DNA of 64,000 bases from the human T2T-CHM13v2.0 reference genome, Homo sapiens: the NCBI RefSeq assembly GCF_009914755.1, contig NC_060926.1; one strand, written 5' to 3'. The notes under the pieces were generated by a model that saw nothing but the letters and a program-made list of their open reading frames with translations, made no database searches and had not been told where the DNA came from. The position numbers and the translations under genes were made by a program. This document shows positions 15,354 to 29,030 of the stretch, one piece after another (the first letter of the stretch is position 1; the number at the start of each line of letters is the position of its first letter).

Positions 15354-16384
15354 TGTATTTTCATGCTGCTGATAAAGACATATCCAAGACGGGGCAATTT
15401 ACAAAAGAAAGAGGTTTATTGGACATACAGTTCCACATGGCTGGGGAGGCCTCACAATCATGCCAGAAGGCAAGGAGGAGCAAGTCACATTCACATCTTA
15501 CATGGATGTCAGCAGGCAAAGAGAGAGCTTGTGTAGAGAAACTCCCATTTCTAAAACCATCAGATCTCGTGAGAACCATTTGCTATCACGAGAGCAGCCT
15601 AGGAAAGACCTGCTCCGACAATTCAATCATCTCCTCTGGGTCCCTCCCTAGATGGAGGTCCCTAGATGACCCTAAATCATCTCTCTCAAGTTCAAAGTTC
15701 CACAAATCTCTAGGGCGGGGGCAAAATGCCACCAGTCCCTTTGCTAAAACATAACAAGAGTCACCTTTGCTCCAGTTCCGAACAAGTTCCTCATCTCCAT
15801 CTGAGACCACCTCTGACTGGATTTCATTGTCCATATCACTATCAGCATTTTGGGCAAAGCCATTCAGCAAGTATTTGGCAAGTTCCCAACTTTCCCACAT
15901 TTTCCTGTCTTCTTCTGAGCATTCCAAACTGTTTCAACCTCTACCTGTTACCCAGTTCCAAAGTTGCCTCCACATTTTTGGGTATCTTTTCAGCAGCACC
16001 CCACTCTACTGGTACCAATTTACCGTATTAGTCCATTTTCATGCTGCTGATAAAGACATACCCAAGACTGGACAATTTACAAAAGAAAGAGGTTTATTGG
16101 ACTTACAGTTCCACATGGCTGAGGAGGCCTCACAATCATGATGGAAGGCGAGGAGGAGCAAGTCACATTTTACATGAATGGCAGCAGGCAAATAGAGACC
16201 TTGTGCAGAGAAACTCAGGTTTCTAAAACCATCAGAACTCATGAGACCCATACACTCTCATGAGAACAGCACGGGAAAGACCTGCCCCCATGATTCAATT
16301 ATCTCCCACCAGGTCCCCACAGGTGAGAATTATGGGAACTACAAGATGAGATTTGGGTAGGGACACAGAGCCAAACCGTATGTA
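15354..16384 (-). mobile_element. THE1A (ERVL-MaLR) provirus with large internal deletion
   Basis: 5' LTR 16024-16384, THE1-int 5' part 15662-16023 (ORF ..NGFAQNADSDMDNE..WSKGDSCYVLAK..RDLWNFELERDDLG), truncated 3' LTR 15354-15648. Confidence 0.92.
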
Positions 16385-16424
16385 CTAAAAACAAACAAAC
16401 ACAGACCTTGAAAGGCTACAGTTA

Positions 16425-16790
<366 letters not shown>

Positions 16791-17428
16791 GAAAGCCAGT
16801 ATGGGTTGCAAACATCAATAAAGTTTCCAAACATCAATAAAGAAATAAGAGCTAAATTGAGAGGATTATCTAGCTGTTAACATAAGTAGTTTCATAATTT
16901 TTCCTAGAGTCAATGAGAGTAATTGAGAAAGAATGGCTTTGCACATTTTGGGAGGACAGTTTATTTCAATCTCAGAAAGAACTCTTTGCTCCCTGTTCTT
17001 TTTAAAAACATGCCCTTCCCCCCCCACTTATTTTAGTTTTTCCTGAGCTTTATGTAGGTGAGTCAAAGTATATGTGCTAGATTTTCTCAAGCTGTAAGTG
17101 ATTTATTGAGTAAAATTTAAGGTTATCTTAAAAATGTATATTACAAGACTTTTTGTTTATAAATGTTAAATAATGTAGTTTTATCCATCACAAATTAGAC
17201 TCTTACCCAATTACTCATTTATAATTTTTTCAGATCACAGCCAAATATTTTGTAAACGAATGAATTGTATTCACCAAAGAACATAAGGGATGCCCTCCTG
17301 TATTAAAATGTTAATAAGAACTAACCAATGCAAAATTGGTGTTGTTTTAGCATAAAAAATATTTATTTATATATCATTGTGCATGTTATTGCCTCATTCA
17401 GAAATATTTTCTACATATAAGTGGTTAA

Positions 17429-17851
<423 letters not shown>

Positions 17852-18079
17852 TAGAGTAAAAACTATGATAAAATTTTGTAGTGCCTAATTATGCCTAAGG
17901 TCTCAGTCCTACTTAAGCCGTATATTATTTGGTATGACATCCTTTCAAATCGTGATTAGTGGAAAATTTTGGTCAGAAGTGATGCATTTTTCTATAGTCT
18001 GAGTAGCCAATAAACTTCATTTGAAAACGGTTCCCTCAAAAACCTTGATATGACTGGTGAGTAGGCAAATGCAATTTTT

Positions 18080-18358
18080 TAAATATATATATACTTTTAT
18101 TATACTTTAAGTTCTAGGGTACATGTGCACAAAGTGCAGGTTTGTTACATATGTATACGTGCCATGTTGGTGTGCTGCACCCATTAACTCGTCATTTACA
18201 TTAGGTATATCTCCTAATGCTTTCCCTCCCCGCTCCCCCTACCCCACAACAGGCCCCGGTGTGTGATGTTCCCCTTCCTGTGTCCAAGTGTTCTCATTGT
18301 TCAATTCCCACCTATGAAATGCTGCTATAAAGACACATGCACACTTATGTTTATAGCA
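18080..18358 (-). mobile_element. Short L1PA4/5-like insertion with 5' inversion
   Basis: Antisense L1 3' UTR to ~18317 then sense-oriented atgctgctataaagacacatgcacac; 15-bp TSD gcaaatgcaattttt at 18065 and 18359. Confidence 0.9.
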
Positions 18359-18646
18359 GCAAATGCAATTTTTAAAATTGTCTAGTGAGGTCTCATATTG
18401 CTTGTTCAGATATTTTCTTCTAACATTGATTGAAAGGTTCCTTAAACTTAGAACTTTGAACATTACCATTTGAAGATAAAGTATTTAAATGCAGCAGGAC
18501 TATTATAGGGCATTATCTTAGGCATCTATAAAACTAATCTATTATATATGGTATCATGGGGTGAATTTTCATTTACCTGGCAATGATTCCTCTCTAGAGA
18601 TAGATAAAATCTTTTAGCCATTAGAGCCTACAGTAGAAACTTAGTT

Positions 18647-19022
18647 TTTATGTATATGCATATACACATTTTAATACATATGTGTGTGTATATATACACA
18701 TATGTTGTTGCATATAAACTATATATGTGTATATATAACAATATATGCATATATTTATATGGCGATGATATGTTCTTATATATGTCTATACATTTTATAT
18801 ACATATGTGTGTATGCATACATATGTATAAACATATATGCATATATGTATTTGTATATATGTATATGTATACACATATGTATATACACATATACATATAT
18901 ACATGTATATGTCTATATGTGGATGATGAGTGTGAACCAAAGGCACATACATATATGTATATACTATATATGTATATATTTGCCTTTGTTTATATGTTTT
19001 CATATATATGTGTGTGTATATA
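18647..19022. repeat. Degenerate (TA)n/(TATG)n low-complexity tract
   Basis: Alternating purine-pyrimidine run; explains the Y/I/C/M-rich ORFs. Confidence 0.9.
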
Positions 19023-19451
19023 TTTGCCTTTGTTTCATACTCATCATCCACAAATTACTTACCTACTTTTGTAATAGTATTGTCTACTTTTCTGTGAAAT
19101 TTTTTAGGCGAGGTTTAGAAAGTATATGACAAAGGCATTCTGTCTTAACTGCTATTCTGCTGCTGCCATCTTTCATCTTGCCCTGTGTCACCGCATTTGC
19201 ACATTTATGCACTGCATCAAACTGCTTGATGGTTTTTATTTTTCTGTTTAGGCAGGAGGATGGTGACTTTTATTTACCTGTTGCACTTTGTTCTTGATGT
19301 ATGATGTTAACCTTACAAGGTCTCTGTTTCTTTGTGCTCACCATCATTCCCTTCATGAGTTTCTCTTTGCATGTACTTCACAATGTTGCATTTTTTCCAT
19401 CAGTTTCCCAATCCTAAGGAAAGGTGTTAAGGTTTCTGAGGCTTTCTAAAG

Positions 19452-19613
19452 CTTTGCTACATATAGTATGGTCCACAGATCAGCAGCATCAAGATTACCT
19501 GGGAGCTTGTTAGAAAAGCAGAATCTCAGCCACACCACAGACTTGCTGAACCAGAATCCGTATTTTTAGCCAGATCTTTGAATAAATAGCACATACATAA
19601 ATGAGAAGCACTG
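19452..19613 (+). mobile_element. MER5A1-like (hAT-Charlie)
   Basis: tggtccacagatcagcagcatc..acctgggagcttgttagaaa..tgagaagcactg. Confidence 0.8.
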
Positions 19614-20168
19614 CACTAAAGGGTCTGCCCCAGCTCCAAGTCCTCTGAAATCTCATCTATATGTTCTTTCTGATCATGTGGTTGTATAAAATACCATCCC
19701 CATGGATTCTTCTAACATCAGAGCGAGGACTGCATCACCTGGTATCAGCTGTTTGTGTTTACATACGTACTCACATTCCAGTGATTTTTCTGATCTCTCC
19801 TCTCAGCACTTTGGATTTGGGTATTCATCCTGACAACTTGGTTGTGAGTGAAAAGGAGAGGACTGTGTTTACGAAACAATAGACTAGAGGCTTCTCTCTG
19901 TCATTTTTGATTTCCACATTTCAAAATCATCCTCTTCTACTTACCTACCTACTAGGTAGAGAATGAATTAGACATGCTTATTAATGCAACTCTTACTAAA
20001 CTACTGCTGCCCCAGCAACAAAGCCTCTTTTAAATTTAACCCCATCTTTCTCCTACTGCAAGTGGGTATTTCTTGTGTGAAGCCTGCAATTTTGATTGGG
20101 AGAAACAAGTTTCATTTGTAGGATTGGGCATATTATTACGAGAAGAACCTCAGAAAAATAGTAATCTA

Positions 20169-20329
20169 GAGCCTGGCATGGTGACTCACACATGTAATCC
20201 CAGCAACTCAGGAGGCTTAGGTGGGGGCATCATCGCTTGAGCCCAGGAGTTTGAGGCAGCAGGGAGCTATGACCGCACCCCTGCACTCTAGGCTAGGAGA
20301 TGGAGAGAGACCTCAACTCTTTAAAAAAA
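20169..20329 (+). mobile_element. Free Alu monomer (FRAM/FAM-like)
   Basis: Single arm with gcttgagcccaggagtttgaggc..gagctatga; taatcta on both flanks. Confidence 0.8.
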
Positions 20330-21489
20330 GCATAATCTATTCTGCAGTACAGTAGGAAGTAAAAGATGTTTCTACAACTTGTTCCTATTCCAAATCACAG
20401 TGATTTTATTGTTAGTTTGGTTAGAAAATGGTTTGCTGGAGCCTTAGCAAAATACTGTACTATGAATGCTCTTGTATTTTGTAATTTTCCATTGTGTTTT
20501 GCAGTCCCCGCCTGGCCAAATGACTTGAAGTGATTTTTCAAAGGAAAAAGCTATACTATACATTTCAGTACAGAATCATCATGACATAGAAATGGACTAT
20601 TTTTCTTTAACTGTGCCTATTTGTCTCCTGAACATGGTAGAGATCTTTCACACACAGTAAATATATAACTGTTTGTGAGAATAAGAGCCAGATGATGACT
20701 TTATGTTCTTTTATGGAAGGATATTGCAACTGACAGTTAAACAATCCAAAAAATAAAATGGACAAATAATATATATTATAGTTTGTGATGTGTCAGAACT
20801 ACATACATAGTGAGATAGTCTCTAAAGAATTGTGAGACAGGTTGCTGATACAGAGGTGAATTAATAAAATTCATCCATAAGCCCATAATAGAAATTGATC
20901 ACATATAAGAGGAATTCTCAGCCTCCTGGTCAATTAAGAATTCAGAAAGTCTAGAATTATTGAATCTGATTTAACTAAATCATAGGCCAATATAAAGATG
21001 CAATTGTGTAGGTATTATCTTTCATTTCCAAAGATACTTGTACTGTTTCCCTAGACTGACACAAAAACCTCATATAAACTCAATATTATGAGTAAATAGT
21101 GTTTATTTAATATCCATATCTACATAAAAATAACATGTTGCCTTTGCAAAAAAATTAATGTTATTTTTAAGAATTTGGTTATTATAAAATAAAATTAAAC
21201 CAATATTAAATATGAGTTACATTTTAAATTAAGCTATATTTTATATTAATGTTAGTTTAGGATTTCTGATTTTGAAATTGTGTTATCTGTTTGCAAAGAC
21301 ACAATCTAAAGCTTAGCATTTTAAAATTAAATTTTTCTGTGAAAATGTACAAAGACTATAAATTCAAGGAAATATAATGTTTAAAATTAATAATTCATTT
21401 TAAATTGTATACTGTTTATACATAACTTTTTTATGGTTTTGATATTGGTTGTCTTGATTCTTATGCTAAAGAGAGCCCACATGCAATAT

Positions 21490-22293
21490 TCTATGATAAG
21501 GATTCTACTCTGGGTCATTCTGAAAATAATGGGGACACTGTTGGTCGTTGCAGTTATTGAGAAGATCTAATGGAATTTACTAGACAGAAGGCAGGATTTT
21601 AGATATCTTGCACTGCATAGGCAGTCCTTACAAGGAAGAACTGTCCTGAATACTGCATGACCTTTAAATATTCTTCCAGGTAGACATTTTGGAAGTAGAA
21701 AATCTTACTGAAAATCTAAGTCTAGGATTTATCTCAATTATATATTAAAACAAAGTACATTGGCATCATTTTAATATGTGCAAAATTTTCTATGAAGACA
21801 GAAAACATCTATAAGACTAATCAAAATAATAAAAAAATTCAGTGCATATAATTTGATAAGCTTTAGCTCACCATTTTGGAAAATCCTGTCAATCATCAGT
21901 AACATCCAGTGATGAGTAAATACTCTGTGTTTTATAGCTGTGTATTAATGGCAGTTTTTCTTAAAGGAGCAAATATCTAATGAGGTCACTATATTATCTA
22001 GTAATTGTTTCCAAGTGTTTAACATATTGAAATACATGCACACACATACATACAAACCCACACATGCATACACACACATACATACAAACACACACACATT
22101 CCATAAATTACTTTCTTCTCATTTATTTTTTGTATTATAATTGATGTCTTAGGGTATTGAATTGACATTTAAAAATTATTTGTGTAGGTAAGTTCAATTA
22201 CCTGTGAATTTTAGTTTAGGGTAATAATGGGGCATTACAGCATATTTATTATAATATGGAGTATGTTGGGTCTGATAGTGTTGAGAACCACTG
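21490..22293 (+). mobile_element. hAT-Charlie element (MER20B-like), contains a (CA)n tract at ~22035-22098
   Basis: 3' terminus ttgggtctgatagtgttgagaaccactg; MER20-type caaggaagaactgtcc near 5' part. Confidence 0.55.
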
Positions 22294-22424
22294 TCCTAGG
22301 AGCATTCTATATCAGGTAGATTTATGTCTCCCAGCAGGTCACTTGTAATATAGCCAATTGTTCAGCAAATGTTTACTTTGGTAGAAGGGCAAATGTACAT
22401 AACACAGAAAAATGTAGGGTAGTG

Positions 22425-22550
22425 TGTCTTGGGTTTTTGTTCTCATGCACACTTACTTGCTGGGTGATTTGGGGTGAGTCAGTAAATGTCCCTGGGCCTG
22501 AATTTTTCTTCTACTAAATGAGAGTGTTGGACTTGATGAACTCTAAAATT
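22425..22550 (+). mobile_element. MIR3/MIRc fragment
   Basis: cacttacttgctgggtgatttggggtgagtca..ctgggcctg..aaatgag..ttggacttgatg. Confidence 0.65.
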
Positions 22551-22851
22551 TTTTAGACACCATGTCATTATAGGCAGAAATTTATTTCCATAGGATAGAA
22601 TCTATACACTGAAACCTTCATATTACATTTGCTGTGCTCATAGCTTTCGATGCCTGTTTTCTGGTCTTTTTTTTTAAACACTGAATTAAAACCTATGAAA
22701 TAATATGAAATTAATTTTTCTGTAATATATTTTCCACTAAATATAAAACAACTTAAGTTTTATTTTGATGAACATACTAGCAGCATGATGAATATTTGTA
22801 ATGATTGCAAACTCTTCCCTGACAAGTCCAATGCCATGAGTTTTTATTTTT

Positions 22852-23015
22852 AACACACACATAAACATACACATATATATGATAGTGGGTGTGAATGCGT
22901 GTGTATACATACATAGATTATGTATAAGCATGTATATACACATATGCACATAGATATGTGTATACCTATATACCTGTATTTGTGTGTATATATGTGTACA
23001 CATATATAGAGAGAG
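22852..23015. repeat. (CA/TA/TG)n low complexity
   Basis: Degenerate dinucleotide tract. Confidence 0.85.
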
Positions 23016-26000
23016 ATTGATTTACAGCTGATATCTTGGAAGGTACATGCAGTTGTATATTTTAATGGCTGATTTCCTTGAAGCCCAGACAAGATTTTCT
23101 GAGTGAATATATATTAAATACATGGCAATACGTGAGAAAATTACTTGTCCCCAGGTCATGTAAAGAGTTGGTTAAAAAAGGGCACATTCATCTTTATCTT
23201 TGGGGTAAACCAGCATTCTCTCCTTCAATTCCCATTTTCTTCTTCTTTCAGCCACATGGACCTTACCATCTTTTTTCTTTAAATTATCAAGAGGAGACCA
23301 CAAGATGAGGAATACTTCACTGCAGGTGGTGATATGAAACTGACAAGTAGTTTATAAACTAGCCCTACCCTATTGCTTGGAGAAGCTTTATAACTGATTG
23401 TTTTAATACCAAAGTGACACCAAAGGGGGTCAAGTAAATAAATATGCAAGCCTCACCAGTTCAAAATAATAAAATTCCAATGTGTGCAAGCCTGCTTGTT
23501 GAACATATGTTTGAGGCACGGCTAAGCCATCTGGCTCAGTGTCAAGCATTTACACCAACTGTAGTCTTACAGTACCTGACAGCAGAAAAGCTTTATTCCC
23601 CTGGTGTTTGGGCACAAATGGAGAAATATTATTGAAATGATTATCTGCATCAAGACTCAGATTTGCTTTGACATTTAGCTGGCTCTGTTTAATCCAAAGG
23701 GTTGTCTGAATGAATAAAGAGAAGGGTTCCTCCAGAAGATGCTGCGAGCAGCCAGGGAAAGCCAAATGATTAATGAGACTGAAAGGCAGGGTGGACCTGC
23801 CCACCTCCACCCAGACCTCAGTGCCAAGAACTGAATATGAAATTAGTCTAAAGCTTTCCGTGGCTTGTCAGGAAGATTCTTCTACCCTCACATGGGCTCT
23901 CATTTTGGACTCTGGAACAAAAGAAATGGATACCTTACCCAATATGGAGGAAATAGAGAGGCTGGGAGAGTGCTTCGTGTTATAATCAGAACATTTCACA
24001 TTCAAACACTTTTTGCTTTTAACAGCTCTACCAGAGGCATTTAGATATTACGTTAGGAGTAGAGTCTCTTTTCGGAATTAGAAAGCTGCGGCTTGTCGCC
24101 TGGTTTCTGTTTTGGCAGCTGGTTTCTATATGCTATGGTCCTTATATCAAGATAATTTCTTTTGGCTTAGAATGCTATGTTCCTCTGGTTATTCTGTGTT
24201 GCCATTCATTTTAAGATGCTATATTAAGCTGAGTTACTTGAAAAACGAGGTACAGTGCTAGTTTTAGCATTCACCTGTGCTAGCAAAATTCAGGCATTTA
24301 GCCAAAAAAGAGACATCTTTCATAGTCAAAGACAATTAGCAATAAAATAAAATATTAATTTTAAAATAAAACAGAATAATAACAACAATAATAGAATAGG
24401 CATCTTAATTTGGAAATCTTTATCAAAGATTTATAGGTTGTCACTTATTTCTTCAGGTATATTGTACCTTTTGGAGGGAGAATTTTAGTAATGATTGTTG
24501 ATTTAGATTTGAAATTACTTTGGTGATTTGGTTTTAATAAGAATGTTAGGCATGATTTCTTTCTCACTCTTACTTTTAATTAACTTTTTATAGAGATATG
24601 AATGAATTCTAATGAACACAATTGGCAAGCTAATTGATTTGTTTCAGATCACAGTGAGCGATCAGTATGCTGGCAACATTGATATACTATTCAAGGATGT
24701 CAAACAGTTTTTGGGTTAATTTTCTGGCAGAGGTTAGTTGGGGAAACTGCTTAAAATATGTACTGTTTTTGATTTTCAACTAAGTGCCTGGTTTTTTAAA
24801 TATTCAGTGAATTAAAAGATATCTATTCCTTTGAATTTATAGTGTCTTTAAATTATCACACTGCCACTGGGGAGTTGCTTTGTGTATTCTGTGCATATTA
24901 ACAGAATACTTTTACATGTGTTATGCACATGAGAATATTAAAGACCATTTTAAGAAGATAAAGAACTCCTATTGCAAAAAGAAAGCCAAGAATATGATCC
25001 TCTGTTTAAAAAATTATTTTTAAAAGTTGCCTCAAAATCAAGAGTGGTCAAAACAAGTCCTGAAAGCATCCATTTAAAGAAAAATAAAGCACAACTCCAA
25101 GAGGTTACTGTTTTGCCAGAGTTCTCACTTTAAAGGTTTTGCTTAAATAAATCCCAGTGAAATGACATTCTTTTACAGTGTTAAGAACAATGAGCGGGTG
25201 AGAAAATATATTATGACATAGTTAAACACAAGGCTATAATTTCTAAACTGCATAAATTACATGTTTTCCCTATTATGATACAGACAGCCAAACTGAACAT
25301 TTTTGAAAGAAAATGACCAACGTATGATTAATTGCAAGCTCACAGATTTTGCAGCTTCAAGAGTAAATCAACTGCTAAGAAGTGCTAACTTGCTAAAATA
25401 TAAACTAATTTTAGTCTCTAGATATTAAAATATAATTCATCTTCCTCCTCCATTGGGAAAGCTAATTAGAAATTGTGACTGGCAGAAGGAGGAGAACCCA
25501 GAGAACACAAGGATTAAGTTCACACGCTTAAAACCTGAGCCCGGAAAAAGTGGCCAGATTTTTTATCCTTTACGTTTCACATATTTGAGTTTCCTGAAAC
25601 CAGCTTACGGTAATGGCTGCTGCCCAAATGTGCAAGTGACAGAAGAGAGAATTTGTGAAAAGAACACGTTTAGTTAACATAGAATGCTATAAATATAATG
25701 TGGAGATATAGAGAAATGGCCCATGGATTCCATTTGTACAAATTCTCAAAAAAATCTGATTGTGCACATGTAACACATCTAACTGCTAAGGTTTTGGAAA
25801 AGCCTTCAGATAAGTGGCAATTGTGTTTTGAACCTCTGTATTCTAGGAAATCTCACAAACTTGTGAGCGAGTCTTGACTTCAAGTTGGCTTTACCTGGGC
25901 TCTGAGCATTCTTTCACTGGAAGTTAAGGTAAACATTTACAGGGTTGGAAATGCATAATGAATAAATAGACTGTCTTACACATTCAGAGTTCTCATTGAT

Positions 26001-26629
26001 AATTTCATATTTCCTATTTTGTATGGCTAGGGTCTTATTTCACAGAATTGTTATTTTGACACATTTCTTAAAGCATAAGTACACTATTAACCCATTTCAC
26101 AGTATGAATGTGAGATTTTTCAACTGAAAACAATGGACATAGCAGAAATGCAAAGGGAAGTTTCCTTACCAATATGATAATTTAGTGTGAATAAGTGAGT
26201 GAATTAGAATTGCAGTTTCAAGGAGCAACAGTTTTATAATAGTAACACATTTTTTAAAATTTGCCACTGAAAAAAGAGATTCAGGCAAACATTTCATAAT
26301 AGAAATAGAAGACTACCAAATATGAAGTTGATATTCTATGAACATTTAGAAAAATTCTTCAATGGATATTTTCATGTACATTTGGGATAAATGTATAAGT
26401 CTGACATTAAGATTAGTTGCAATATAGCTCTTAAAGAATAGCATGAATTTCCCTAAAGAATTTTCAGTGAATTCAGTATGCATAACAAGACAATGAGTTT
26501 CTTGTTGAGTTTTGTTCCAACTAAACTTACACACATTCCTTTCCCTGCCCTTAATGAGTAATGATTTTAACTGGCCAGGATTCCAAACTCTAAGATAATA
26601 TTCCTAATGAAAATAGTAATTGTGAGAGG

Positions 26630-26862
26630 CATTCTACATAGAGATTAATAACTAGACCGCGAGGGTTTTATTTTGGCTCTACCATTTCCCAGTTGTGAAA
26701 TATTGGAGAAATTATTTACAATATCTGCCTAGTTTCCTCATCTACAAAATAAGAACAACAATAGTACATACCTAATAGCATTGTTACAAGGATTCAAGAT
26801 ATCAATACCTGTTGAATATCTGGACTAGTGCTTGGCACATAGTATGTGATTAATAATTATTA
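26630..26862 (+). mobile_element. MIR
   Basis: Core tagtttcctcatctacaaaat..; gtgcttggcacatagta. Confidence 0.8.
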
Positions 26863-27257
26863 AACCACATACGTATCCCCAACATTATATGTTATAGCCA
26901 ATGTATAACATGCATGAGCCTATGGAAACAAAATTTTCCTTCTTACAATAAGGTTCTTTGTCTTTGGGTCTTCTACATAAGGTAGCATGAAGCCACGATG
27001 ATCTGGTAAGATGAAATGAGGGAACAGGTATGAAAACTTGCACTCCTACAAAATCACACCCATGTCTAAGGATACATGTCATGTAGAGAATGGAATATAT
27101 CACTCTGGTTTTTAGTTCATGACTATAGGATTTTATTCAGAGGTTTATGATTTAGCACAAAAAACTGTATTATTTTTAAAGCACCTAACACTAATTCATC
27201 AATCATATAAAGATTAACAATTATAATATGGGCATTCTTCTCTAAGAAGCATTGTTG

Positions 27258-27480
27258 TTTTGAACACCTACTTTGTGCCAAGCACATTTATTTCAGTTGA
27301 TGCTAATTATCACCACAATACAAAATGTTTAACATTATTATTGTTCCCACTTTGAATATGTATAAACATTTTCAGAGAGATTATTTAATGTACTCTGGGT
27401 CATAAACTTGTTAACAGTGGAGCCAGTATTCAAATGCAAATTTATTTAAGTTTAAAGCCAGTGTTATTTCTACCACATTA
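27258..27480 (-). mobile_element. MIR
   Basis: ttgaacacctactttgtgccaagcac..gtggagccagtattcaaa. Confidence 0.7.
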
Positions 27481-27596
27481 TATATTACAGGAGATAAGAA
27501 AACAAGATTTGAAATATGATCATGCTTCTAAAAAAATTAACTTTTCTGTTCTTTGATTTGGCAACCTGTAAAACGTGTGAAAGGTGAAAACACTGT

Positions 27597-27767
27597 ATTT
27601 ATTTATATATTTAATTTTTTAAGAAGCAGGGTCTTTCTCTGTCACTCAGGCTGGAGTTCAGTGGTACGATCATAGCTTACTGCAGCCTGGAACTCCTGGG
27701 CTCATGTGACCCTCCTGCCTCAGCCTCCTGAGTAGCTGGGACTATAGGTGCACTACCAGGTCTGGCT

Positions 27768-27805
<38 letters not shown>

Positions 27806-27906
27806 AGAGATGGGGTCTTGCTATGTTGTTCAGGTTAGTCTCTAACTCCTCCCATCTTGGCTTCCCAGAGTGCTGGGATTACAGATATGAGCCCTCATGC
27901 CTGGCC
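27597..27906 (-). mobile_element. AluJ with expanded central T tract
   Basis: gatcatagcttactgcagcc..ctcctgggctc (J diagnostics); long T run in the linker. Confidence 0.9.
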
Positions 27907-28179
27907 CTGTGGAAAATTTTAACTCAAGACTCTTAGTCAAGAACCTGAAAATACTGGGTAAAAGTAGCTGTAGATGTCATCTCATTTATCTGAAGTACCG
28001 TTTTCTCACATTAACTCTTTCAATTTCATTGCCACATCAGATCATCAATGCTCTTAACCCAATGTTCTCTGAATTGTATCAAATTATCCTAATTGTTCTT
28101 TGTAGCAGCACAAATCTGCTGCAGACTACTCTAATCCATCCCGGACCAATCCCTTGACATGCAGGACAAAATGAAAATG

Positions 28180-29030
28180 TCTTACATATGTTATTGAAAT
28201 CTCAGAAAGAGTAGAAAAAAAGAATGGGGTGGAAGCAATATTTGAAGAAATAACGTTAAGATTTTTCAAAATTTAAAGTGTATCAGATTCAAAAAATTCT
28301 ACAAACCCAAGCAGGTTGAGCATAAGGAAAAACACACCTAGACACACAGAGAAAGATAGCTAGATACTGAAGACAAAGAGAAAATATTAAAAGCAATCAG
28401 AGAAGAAAAGACATGTTACTTTCAATGAAGTGGCAGTTAAAGGGACAGCTGACTCTTCAACAGAAATGGTGGAAATAAAGACAATAAAATTACATAAAAT
28501 GCTGAAAGAAAATAGCTATCAACCTAGAAGTATCCAACACAAATATAAAATTGCACAAAGCAATGGAGAGCAACCAAAAGGGTAAGTATATGGTTAAATA
28601 TAAGTGGATTTTGATTGGCAGTGAATATACAGAACAATAATAGTAATGTTGGAGAACTTTATATATATGTAGAGCTAAAATGCATGACAATAATAACATA
28701 AAAATTGAGAAAAGTAAATTGAATTAAGACATTTAAAAATTTTACCACTCTTGGTAATGTGGTAAAATTATTAATTTTAATAATAAATCAATATACAATA
28801 AATCAAGGGTGTATCTTCTAGGGTATCCATTAAAGTAATGTTAAATTATGGAGGGGAAATAGAGTAATGAAGAAAAAAGACAAGAAAAGAAATATAAGTA
28901 GCATAAAAGGCAATTTAATGGAAACAGATGAATAGTAAATACAAACCTAAATGTATCATTATTTTCTGACTGTAAATTTACTAAATATTGCAATTTAAAA
29001 GACTGAAGTTGTCAGATGGGATAATATGTA
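28180..29030 (+). mobile_element. Old L1M ORF1/inter-ORF fragment
   Basis: gaagcaatatttgaagaaataa, acacctagacac, aaagcaatcagagaagaaaagaca, acagctgactcttcaacagaaa. Confidence 0.8.

Noticed and set aside
15586-15927. 113-aa minus-strand ORF
   Set aside because: Remnant of the THE1-int ORF running across the deletion junction into the LTR.
17998-18057. Plus-strand exon-like unit (ttttctatag..CTG|GTGAGT)
   Set aside because: Stops in all frames and no supporting context; such pairs arise by chance.
18628-19129. Overlapping Tyr/Ile/Cys/Met-rich ORFs up to 159 aa
   Set aside because: Translation artefact of the (TA/TG)n tract.
24648-24719. Acceptor followed by ITVSDQYAGNIDILFKDVKQFLG*
   Set aside because: No convincing donor and no recognisable protein.
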